Shown here: in pieces, positions 14,080 to 22,097 of the stretch
Numbering within the stretch: position 1 is the first letter of the stretch
Layout: each line of letters begins with the position of its first letter
Virus record (IMG/VR): IMGVR_UViG_3300025810_000078
Location: 1 to 24,520 of that record
DNA: 24,520 nt
Source: a virus
Taxonomy: Duplodnaviria > Caudoviricetes
Direction: 5' to 3' (one strand)
Translations under genes and position numbers: made by a program
The notes under the pieces: generated by a model
Seen by the model: the letters and a program-made list of their open reading frames with translations, nothing else
Told to the model about the DNA's origin: nothing
The model's database searches: none

Positions 14080-15412
14080 ATGGACAAAGAAACAGGAAGA
14101 ACTGTTAAAAGTACTTGCAAGCGATGCAACGCATTGCGCGGCTCGTGGTGGATCACGAAGCGGCAAGACCTTTGCGTTTGTTGCTGCGATTGTCACGCGC
14201 GCATTAAAGGCTCCAGGGAGCAGACACGCGGTATTGCGATACCGATTTAACGCAGTTAAAAGTGCCATTATCTTCGATACGTTTCCCAAGGTAATGCAAA
14301 CGCGGTTCCCTGACATTAAGTACAAATTAGACAAATCTAACTGGTTCACCGAGCTCCCTAACGGCGCACAAATATGGTTTGGTGGCCTGGATGACAAGGA
14401 ACGAACCGAGAAAATCCTAGGCCAAGAATACGCGACCATCTTCCTTAACGAGTGTTCGCAGATACCCTGGAACTCTCGAAACATCGCAGTAACACGACTT
14501 GCGCAGAACGTTATGAGCGCGCATAGAGATGGGGAGCGGCCACTACCGCTGAAACTCTACTACGACTATAACCCACCATCTAAAGCGCACTGGACGTATC
14601 AGATATTCGAAGCGAAACGTGACCCTGATACCAAGCAGGTACTACCGGAACCTGGTAACTTTCAAGCGGTTAAGATTAACCCGAAAGATAACGAAGAAAA
14701 TCTACCAAAAGAATACATCAAGATGCTGGCGCAGCTGCCAGCACGGCAGCGCAAACGCTTCCTTGATGGTGAATACGCAGACGCTAACGATAGCGCGCTG
14801 TGGACTATCGAGAGCATAGAGAAGGCGCGCGAAACCACGCTACCAGACCTTACTCGCGTAGTAGTGGCAGTTGACCCAAGCGGCGCAGATGACGACCCAG
14901 ATACCAACAATGATGAGATTGGTATCGTAGTCGCCGCAATGACCATAGAAGGCTTCGCTGTAGTGCTTTACGACTACACTATGAAAGGCTCGCCAGGCAA
15001 GTGGGGCAAAGTGGTAGCAGATACTTTCGACAACGTGAGCGCAGACCTTGTAATCGGCGAGATTAACTACGGCGGCGCGATGGTAGAACACGTTATTCAG
15101 ACCGCGCGACCAGATACGCCATTCAAAGCAATCACAGCAAGCCGAGGCAAGCACGTACGCGCAGAACCGATAGCAGCGCTATTTGAGACTGGCAAAGCAC
15201 GACTAGGTGGCACGTTTCCAGAACTTGAAGATGAGATGTGCGCAATGGCCACACACGGATATACAGGCCCGCGTAGCCCAAACCGATTAGATGCGATGGT
15301 GTTCGCCTTAACTGAACTATTTCCACAGCTGGCAAGTAAGCCGGTGAGTAAACTTGAACGTAAACCGCTACCGCGCCTGATTCATGGCGGCGCCGGATGG
15401 ATGGCTAATTAA
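14063..15412 (+). CDS. terL: Terminase large subunit
   Basis: Walker A RGGSRSGKT, Walker B IFLNE, DYNP, nuclease VAVDP and SPNRLDA. Confidence 0.95.
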   Translation: MKTIFKWTKKQEELLKVLASDATHCAARGGSRSGKTFAFVAAIVTRALKAPGSRHAVLRYRFNAVKSAIIFDTFPKVMQTRFPDIKYKLDKSNWFTELPNGAQIWFGGLDDKERTEKILGQEYATIFLNECSQIPWNSRNIAVTRLAQNVMSAHRDGERPLPLKLYYDYNPPSKAHWTYQIFEAKRDPDTKQVLPEPGNFQAVKINPKDNEENLPKEYIKMLAQLPARQRKRFLDGEYADANDSALWTIESIEKARETTLPDLTRVVVAVDPSGADDDPDTNNDEIGIVVAAMTIEGFAVVLYDYTMKGSPGKWGKVVADTFDNVSADLVIGEINYGGAMVEHVIQTARPDTPFKAITASRGKHVRAEPIAALFETGKARLGGTFPELEDEMCAMATHGYTGPRSPNRLDAMVFALTELFPQLASKPVSKLERKPLPRLIHGGAGWMAN

Positions 15413-17640
15413 TGAAGATTGAAGATATCAAAGACGAATTTAAAGCTATCGAAGAACAAGAAGCTTTAAATCGTGAGCGACAATTAGAAGATATCCGATT
15501 TGGTATGGCTGATGATCAATGGCCAGAAGAACTGCGTCGTTTACGTGAGAACGATGGCGACGGCGCACGTCCGTGCTTAACCATTAACAAGATCCAGATA
15601 CACGCCAAGCAAATCACTAACAACATGCGACAGAACCGCAGCAGCATACGTGTACTGCCGCAGGATGACAACGCAGACGTTGAGACTGCCGAGATTATGC
15701 AGGGAATGGTGCGCCATATAGAGCATGTATCGCGTGCAAGCATGGCTTACGATATTGCAGCCGAGTACCAGATTATGGGCGGTATTGGCTATTTTAGAAT
15801 AGACACTGAAGTAGTTGACCCGCTATACAACTACCAGGAAATACTTATCAAGCCAGTTCGTAATCCTTTCGCAGTCTATTTTGACCCGTGGTGTGATGAC
15901 CTAGCGGGCGCTGACGCAAGGCGCGCATTCCAAACAGATCACATGAGCGAAGATGAATTTGCGCGCATGTTTCCTAATGCTGAACCGTTCGACTGGAACG
16001 AAGCAGGACGCGGCGATGGCTGGACTACGCGCGACCGTATTCGAGTAGCGGAACACTGGTGGCTAGAAGAAGAAACTGTCAAATACCTATTCGTGCAGCC
16101 ACGGCAGAATGACCCGCTAGCAATGCCTGAAGACCCAAAACCAATGCTAGCCAGCGACTACCGCGCGCATGAGATGATGGATACGCACCTGATTACGGGC
16201 GAAGCGGAAGTAAAAGAAAATCAATTACGCCACCAAATACTAAACGGCCAGGAAATTATAGAGGGCGGCGAGAGCGGCAAACTATTACCAGGCAAGTATA
16301 TCCCTATCGTTCGTGTGCCAGGTGAAGACTTCTATGTGGAAGATGAGCGCTATGTAATGGGCCTGGTGCGCCGTTCAATGGACGCACAGCGACTATACAA
16401 CTACGCGGCTAGCGTAAATGCTGAAGTCTCAGCATTAGCACCCAAAGCGCCGTGGGTAGCAGGACGCAAGGCGATGGATGGCTACGAAGACTACTATGCG
16501 ATGGCTAACACTAAATCGATGCCGTTCTTGCCATACAACGACTTTGATGAGCGCGGCAATCCTTTGCAGCCACCTATGCGCCAACCACCGCCAGCGCCAA
16601 ACGCTCAGTTACATGCTTTGATGGAAAGCGCTAACGGTGACTTGCAGGCCGTTACTGGCCAGTTTGGCGCTTCAATGGGCGAAACCACGAACGAGCGCAG
16701 TGGCCTAGCTATACATAACCGCCAGAAAGCTTCAGATGTCGCCACGTTCCACTTCACGGATAACATGGCATACGCAGTTCAGCATGGTGGGCGTATTATC
16801 GTTGACCTAATACCAAAAATCTACGACACGCGCCGAGTGGCTAGAATCTTGGGTGAAAATGATGAACCCAGCACGGTAATACTAGACCCAGAGAACGCGG
16901 GCGAACACGAAGATTCTTCTGGAAAGATTGAACGTATCTATGATGTTGGCGCTGGCAAGTATGACGTAGCTGTAACCACTGGCCCAAGCTTCGCAACGCG
17001 ACGAACTGAAGCGTTTGAATCAATGGCCCGTATCGTCGAAACGAATCCGCAATTGTGGAATGTTATCGGAGATCAGCTAGTTAAGAACATGGATTGGCCT
17101 GGCAGTGATGACATGGCCCAACGTATCAAGAATATGATACCAGCCGAGATACTTGGCGAAGAAGACGAAGAACAAATCATTGGCCAGCTACAGCAGCAAA
17201 TGCAGGAAATGCAGATGGCGCTGGAGCAAACCACGCAGCAGCTGGATATGGCAGTTGGCGAGAAAAATCGACTAGAAGACAAGCTGGCGGGTAAGGAAGC
17301 AGACAAGGAAATGAACGCGCAACGCTTGCGTGCTGATTACATCAACAAAATGCAAGATCGCGAAGTGGACAAGTTCCGCGCTGAGACTGATCGCCTTAAG
17401 GCCCGCATAGGTGAATCTGAATTTGAATCTGGCGTGGCCGCTGAAGCAGACAAACTCGCACTTCAGGAGATGAATGCTATTAGTGCGCACGAGCGCGGCG
17501 TGGCTGACCAAGTGCTGACAGCAGAACAGATTAAAACCCAGCGCTATATCACTGAGCTACAGGAACAAAACAAGCTGTTATCACAACGATTGCAGCAAAC
17601 GCAAAATTCTATCGAAGTAGTTAAGAACCCCAAAAAATAA
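15412..17640 (+). CDS. P22-like portal protein
   Basis: DQW, RPCLTINKI, YIPIV, DAQRLYNY, SGLAI, GKYDVAVTTGPSFATRR and a long C-terminal coiled coil. Directly follows TerL. Confidence 0.93.
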   Translation: MKIEDIKDEFKAIEEQEALNRERQLEDIRFGMADDQWPEELRRLRENDGDGARPCLTINKIQIHAKQITNNMRQNRSSIRVLPQDDNADVETAEIMQGMVRHIEHVSRASMAYDIAAEYQIMGGIGYFRIDTEVVDPLYNYQEILIKPVRNPFAVYFDPWCDDLAGADARRAFQTDHMSEDEFARMFPNAEPFDWNEAGRGDGWTTRDRIRVAEHWWLEEETVKYLFVQPRQNDPLAMPEDPKPMLASDYRAHEMMDTHLITGEAEVKENQLRHQILNGQEIIEGGESGKLLPGKYIPIVRVPGEDFYVEDERYVMGLVRRSMDAQRLYNYAASVNAEVSALAPKAPWVAGRKAMDGYEDYYAMANTKSMPFLPYNDFDERGNPLQPPMRQPPPAPNAQLHALMESANGDLQAVTGQFGASMGETTNERSGLAIHNRQKASDVATFHFTDNMAYAVQHGGRIIVDLIPKIYDTRRVARILGENDEPSTVILDPENAGEHEDSSGKIERIYDVGAGKYDVAVTTGPSFATRRTEAFESMARIVETNPQLWNVIGDQLVKNMDWPGSDDMAQRIKNMIPAEILGEEDEEQIIGQLQQQMQEMQMALEQTTQQLDMAVGEKNRLEDKLAGKEADKEMNAQRLRADYINKMQDREVDKFRAETDRLKARIGESEFESGVAAEADKLALQEMNAISAHERGVADQVLTAEQIKTQRYITELQEQNKLLSQRLQQTQNSIEVVKNPKK

Positions 17641-17720
17641 CTGCCTCTCGCAAAGTTTAGCCGAGCTTTATCGGCGCACACTCGCGCAATTCCGCGCGCC
17701 TTAATATGGGGATATAAAAG

Positions 17721-18572
17721 ATGGATGCATTAGAACAATCTAATGAGCTAGCCGCGACCGAAGAAAATCCAGAGGTTGAAAACAGTGAGGGTTCCACTAC
17801 GGCAGTGGAAACCGGCGACGATACCGCCGTAGAAAGCGAAGCGCCTGATTCAGATGAAGAACAAGAAAGTACTGAATCTGAGGAAGAAAAACCCAAGAAA
17901 CCAGGCAAATCAGGATTTCAAAAACGCATCGATGAACTGACCCGCAAGGTGCATGAGCGTGATCGTTTCATTACTGAAATGCAGGAACGAGTTCTAGCCG
18001 AGCAGCAAGAACTATCCCAGCAGCCGCAGAATGAAGCGGAAACACTCGCACCAGAAGATTTTGACGACTATGAAAGTTACATCAAGGCTGTAGCAGTTCA
18101 GGAAGTAGAGCAACGTATGCGCGCCGAACGGCAGCAAGGCGTAGCAAAACAGACCGAACGATTGCAGCAGCAGGCGGCGCAACATACTGAATCTATCCGC
18201 CAATCTGCACTTGATGCAGGTAAGGAAATTTACCCAGACTTTGTAGAAGTTACGACTTCGCAGGATCTGCCAATAACGCCAGCAATGGGTGAAGCAGTAC
18301 TTAACGCAAAGAACGCGCCGCAAGTCTGGTATCACCTAGGGAAGAACCCCGATATTGCCGCTGGTATTGCGCAAATGCCACCGACCCAGCAAGTAATGGC
18401 TGTAGCACAGCTATCTATGCAAGTGGGCAACGGTGAGCCAGTTCAAAAACCTTCAAATGCGCCAACACCTTCCAAGGCGATAAAGTCTCGCGCACCAGCA
18501 AGCAAGAAGGCTGGCGATAAAGATGATATCAAATCATGGATGACAAAGCGCAATAAAGAAATCTATGGATAA
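17721..18572 (+). CDS. Scaffolding protein
   Basis: Acidic N-terminus, QKRIDELT coiled coil, YPDF and YHLGKNP. Lies between portal and coat. Confidence 0.85.
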   Translation: MDALEQSNELAATEENPEVENSEGSTTAVETGDDTAVESEAPDSDEEQESTESEEEKPKKPGKSGFQKRIDELTRKVHERDRFITEMQERVLAEQQELSQQPQNEAETLAPEDFDDYESYIKAVAVQEVEQRMRAERQQGVAKQTERLQQQAAQHTESIRQSALDAGKEIYPDFVEVTTSQDLPITPAMGEAVLNAKNAPQVWYHLGKNPDIAAGIAQMPPTQQVMAVAQLSMQVGNGEPVQKPSNAPTPSKAIKSRAPASKKAGDKDDIKSWMTKRNKEIYG

Positions 18573-18598
18573 ATTAACTTAATTGGAGAACCTAAAAA

Positions 18599-19792
18599 AT
18601 GGCTAACTCACTTCTAACGCCTACCGCTGTAACGCGGGAAGTGTTACGAGTAGCGCACGAAAAACTCGCATTCATCGGCACGGTCGAACGTCAATATGAC
18701 AGTTCCTTCGCGCAGACTGGCGCAAAAATCGGCGACTCGTTAAAAATTCGCTTACCTAATAAGTACACTGTACGAACGGGTAAAACACTACAAGCACAAG
18801 ATACTGAAGAAGAAAGCGTAACCCTTACTGTGGCAACACAGAAAGGTGTTGATATGAATTTCAGTTCTAAAGATCTTACGCTTGACCTTGATGACTTCTC
18901 GAAGCGCATCATTGAACCGGCTGTGGCTGTTCTTGTCTCTAACATTGAAGGCGCTATGCTGGATGATGTTACCGCAGACGTTTATAACCATGTTGGAACA
19001 CCTGGCACGCTGCCGACCTTCGCGCAGATTGCTAAGGCTAAAGCCAAGCTAAACCAATATCTTGCACCTAAAGATAATGACCGTCATATCCAAATGGAAT
19101 CTGTTGATATGGCTGGCCAGGTTGATGCACTTAAGGGCTTGTTCCAAGACTCTACCGAGATTGCTAAACAATACCGCGAGGGTTACGTGGGCCGTGGCGC
19201 TGGTTTGATGTGGCATGAGAATGAGCGCATTTACACGCATACTAACGGCTCCGATGTTACTGGTATCACGGTTAACGCCTCTGTATCAAGTGGCGATAGT
19301 TCTCTAACCATTACGGGTGCTTCAGCTGCCCCAGCGGTTGGTTCTATCTTCACGATTGCGGGTGTTAAAGCTGTGCATCCTGAGACGAAGGTGGCTTACG
19401 CGCACGAGCAGCAGTTTGTTGTTACTGATGCGACTACGCCAAGCACGACCGTTATCAGCATTTCACCCACAATCATCTCGACTGGATCCAAGCAGAATGT
19501 TGACCACCTGCCTAGTTCGGCTGATGCGATTACTTGGGTTGGTGCTGCGTCTACTGCTTATCCTAACCATTTGGTTTATCACGGTGAAGCTTTCGCTTTC
19601 GCGACTGCCGACCTTGAAATGCCAGAAGGTGTTCACTTCGCCGCGCGTGAGGTGTATGACGGTTTAAGTATTCGATGCGTGCGTCAGTATGATATCAATA
19701 ACGATAACATTCCCTGCCGTCTTGACTTGTTGCATGGTTGGAAGACCTTGCGACCGGAATGGGCAACACGTGTTATGGGTTCTGGCGCTTAA
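18599..19792 (+). CDS. Major capsid protein, P22 coat (gp5)-like
   Basis: MANSLLTP, KIGDSLKIRLP, FTIAGV.AVHPETK, AFAFATADL and RLDLLHGW..LRPEWA. GGAG RBS. Confidence 0.93.
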   Translation: MANSLLTPTAVTREVLRVAHEKLAFIGTVERQYDSSFAQTGAKIGDSLKIRLPNKYTVRTGKTLQAQDTEEESVTLTVATQKGVDMNFSSKDLTLDLDDFSKRIIEPAVAVLVSNIEGAMLDDVTADVYNHVGTPGTLPTFAQIAKAKAKLNQYLAPKDNDRHIQMESVDMAGQVDALKGLFQDSTEIAKQYREGYVGRGAGLMWHENERIYTHTNGSDVTGITVNASVSSGDSSLTITGASAAPAVGSIFTIAGVKAVHPETKVAYAHEQQFVVTDATTPSTTVISISPTIISTGSKQNVDHLPSSADAITWVGAASTAYPNHLVYHGEAFAFATADLEMPEGVHFAAREVYDGLSIRCVRQYDINNDNIPCRLDLLHGWKTLRPEWATRVMGSGA

Positions 19793-19812
19793 TTAACTAA
19801 GGAGTAAAAATC

Positions 19813-20028
19813 ATGGCAGTTCATTACCTTGGTGATAATGGCCCAGACGGTATGTGTTTAGGTACGGCCAGCACGGAAAAAGTTGCGTTTTTTGGCGCGA
19901 CTCCCGTGGTGCGTCCTAGCATTACCGCAGTGGGAACCACCACAGCAACAACCGCACTAAATGAAACGAAGATCGACCGCCTATATTCGGCGCTTCGAAC
20001 TATCGGATTGATTGACACCGGCGGTTAA
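19813..20028 (+). CDS. Small capsid-associated (decoration/fibre-like) protein
   Basis: Strong RBS TAAGGAG. KVAFFGATPVVRP...ALRTIGLI. Lies between the coat gene and the terminator. Confidence 0.7.
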   Translation: MAVHYLGDNGPDGMCLGTASTEKVAFFGATPVVRPSITAVGTTTATTALNETKIDRLYSALRTIGLIDTGG

Positions 20029-20041
20029 ACCAAACAGGTTC

Positions 20042-20069
20042 GGGCGCCTTCGGGCGCCCTATCCTTATT
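20042..20069 (+). terminator. Rho-independent terminator-like hairpin after the capsid genes
   Basis: gggcgcc-ttcg-ggcgccc (cUUCGg tetraloop) followed by an interrupted T-rich tail, tatccttatt. Confidence 0.75.
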
Positions 20070-20085
20070 AGTTTCGGGGGGAACT

Positions 20086-21381
20086 ATGTCACGAATTTAT
20101 CACGATGTTGGCGCGCCTGTAGGCTACCGAGCAAATGAGCACAAGCCGATGATCGCCACTACTGTATATGAGGATCCGGATGCTGGTTACACTTTCGCCA
20201 TTGCAAAAACATTGCGAGCACTTGATCGGCAAAACATTCCACACGACTACCTTCTTTTATCCGGCAATTGTCATGTAGACGATGCGCGCAATAAGGTAGT
20301 TCAGGAATTTCTTATTAGCAATTGTACCGATCTAATATTCATCGATGCGGATGTAAATTGGCAGCCGCAGCACATTATAGAATTACTGAATTATGAAAAC
20401 GTCGAAATTGTTGGCGGCGTTTATCCCTATCGACGGGAATCTGAAAATGAAAGCATGCCGTTCCGACCAAAAGATGATGGCCTGGTGCGAACGGATGGCC
20501 TGGTAGAGGTAGACGGACTACCTACCGGATTCATGAGAATATCGCGCCATGTACTCCACTTGATGGCGCGTAATGCGGAACAATTTTGGCATCGAGAAGA
20601 TCGACGAATGAAAGTGCCTATAGTGTTCGAACGCACTTATAAGGATGGCGTTAGATGGGGCGGCGATCTTAACTTTTGCAACAAGTGGCGCGAAGATTAC
20701 GATGGCAAGATATACGCGGCGCCTAATATGACGCTATCTCATGCCGGTAAGTATATCGCTAAGGATAGCCTGGCAGCATTCGCTCGGCGCCAAAAGCAAA
20801 CCACGTTAAAACATATCTGCGAAAAGATTAGGAACGGCGATCCGGCAACATTTGAGGATCTAGCCGAGGCGCGTAAATATACAGGCAATCCTGGCTATGT
20901 GGCTAAAGAAGATAGCCTAATGAGCGCCATCACATTAGCGCGCAAGGCGGATGGGCCAATAATCGAAACAGGTAGCGGATTAAGTACGATATTGATGGCG
21001 GCAGCCGCGCCCGATCAGATTGTTTATTGTTTGGAACATCATGGCCTATGGGCGGCGAATTTACGCCAGCTATCCGCAGAATCAGGCATCACAAATATCG
21101 CGCTAGTCGAATGCGAGATTAACGCAAAAACCGGATTTTACAAACTGACCGATGATGACTTAGACGAACTACCGATAGACTTCGCGTTAGCTTTCCACGA
21201 TGGCCCACCACGCGCACATAAAGGCCGCATGGCATTCTTTGATATCTTCGCAGAAACATGCGGCACAATCATTGTAGACGATTGCGATGATCCGAATTAC
21301 CGTGAAGCGATTGAACGGTGGTGCGTACGTACTGACCGAAAAAGCACGTTTATCGAACCACGAACACTAATTATTGAATAG
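20086..21381 (+). CDS. GT-A glycosyltransferase fused to a class I SAM-dependent methyltransferase
   Basis: N-terminal half: ARN, LIFIDADV (DxD), VGGVYP, PTGFMRISR, GGDLNFC and LSHAG. C-terminal half: IIETGSGLST (motif I), CLEH, AFHDGPP and IIVDD (Methyltransf_24-like). Confidence 0.82.
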   Translation: MSRIYHDVGAPVGYRANEHKPMIATTVYEDPDAGYTFAIAKTLRALDRQNIPHDYLLLSGNCHVDDARNKVVQEFLISNCTDLIFIDADVNWQPQHIIELLNYENVEIVGGVYPYRRESENESMPFRPKDDGLVRTDGLVEVDGLPTGFMRISRHVLHLMARNAEQFWHREDRRMKVPIVFERTYKDGVRWGGDLNFCNKWREDYDGKIYAAPNMTLSHAGKYIAKDSLAAFARRQKQTTLKHICEKIRNGDPATFEDLAEARKYTGNPGYVAKEDSLMSAITLARKADGPIIETGSGLSTILMAAAAPDQIVYCLEHHGLWAANLRQLSAESGITNIALVECEINAKTGFYKLTDDDLDELPIDFALAFHDGPPRAHKGRMAFFDIFAETCGTIIVDDCDDPNYREAIERWCVRTDRKSTFIEPRTLIIE

Positions 21382-21389
21382 GCACTAAA

Positions 21390-22097
21390 ATGGCGACAGC
21401 ACGAGATCTGATTAAGCGCTCACTACGCTTAATGCACGTACTAGAAACCGGCGAGGATCCATCTACCGAGGAAGCGGCGGATGGACTGACTGCGCTTAAT
21501 GACATGCTTGACGAATGGAACATTGACAGAGGGTTAGTGTTCGCCATCGAAGAAGATTCGCAAACATGGACAGGCGGCGCGCAGTCTATGACCATCGGTA
21601 GCGGCGGCGATATGAATACCACGCGCCCGATACGTATAGAGAATTCGACTTTCTATACAGATGCGAATGGTAATGACTACAATTTGCGTCTCTTAGAGAC
21701 ACGTATCGGGTACACCAGCATCGTAGACAAGGAAACGACTACCGACCTACCAGAGTACCTATATTACGAACCAGATTACCCGCTGGGAGAGCTTTATATC
21801 TGGCCAGTACCATCTGCCAACATGACAATTAAACTGCACCGATGGGAGCAGTTTAGCTTATTTGCTTCACTTGATGCTACTGTGACGCTGGCGCCTGGAT
21901 ACAAGAACCTCGTGACCTATGGATTATGTGAGTATCTAGCGCCTGAATTTGGCGTGGCTGTACCGCCAGAAGTAATGAGTAGGTATGAGGCTGCTTCTCA
22001 GCGGATACGTAAGAACAATATCAGAATACCAATTATGCAGGCGGAAACCGCCGCGATCCGCGAAGGTAGAAGCTTTAATATATTCGTAGGCGATTAA
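21390..22097 (+). CDS. Head-tail adaptor (P22 gp4-like)
   Basis: MATARDLIKRSLR...GE.P..EE..DGL.ALNDML..W, WPVP and PGY...L...LAPEFG. Confidence 0.8.
   Translation: MATARDLIKRSLRLMHVLETGEDPSTEEAADGLTALNDMLDEWNIDRGLVFAIEEDSQTWTGGAQSMTIGSGGDMNTTRPIRIENSTFYTDANGNDYNLRLLETRIGYTSIVDKETTTDLPEYLYYEPDYPLGELYIWPVPSANMTIKLHRWEQFSLFASLDATVTLAPGYKNLVTYGLCEYLAPEFGVAVPPEVMSRYEAASQRIRKNNIRIPIMQAETAAIREGRSFNIFVGD

Noticed and set aside
19790-20028. Readthrough or frameshift extension of the coat protein
   Set aside because: The downstream gene has its own strong SD, the gap contains further stops, and no slippery site was seen.
20900-21381. DNA methyltransferase
   Set aside because: It lacks DPPY/NPPY or PC catalytic motifs. 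The pattern fits small-molecule/glycan methyltransferases.
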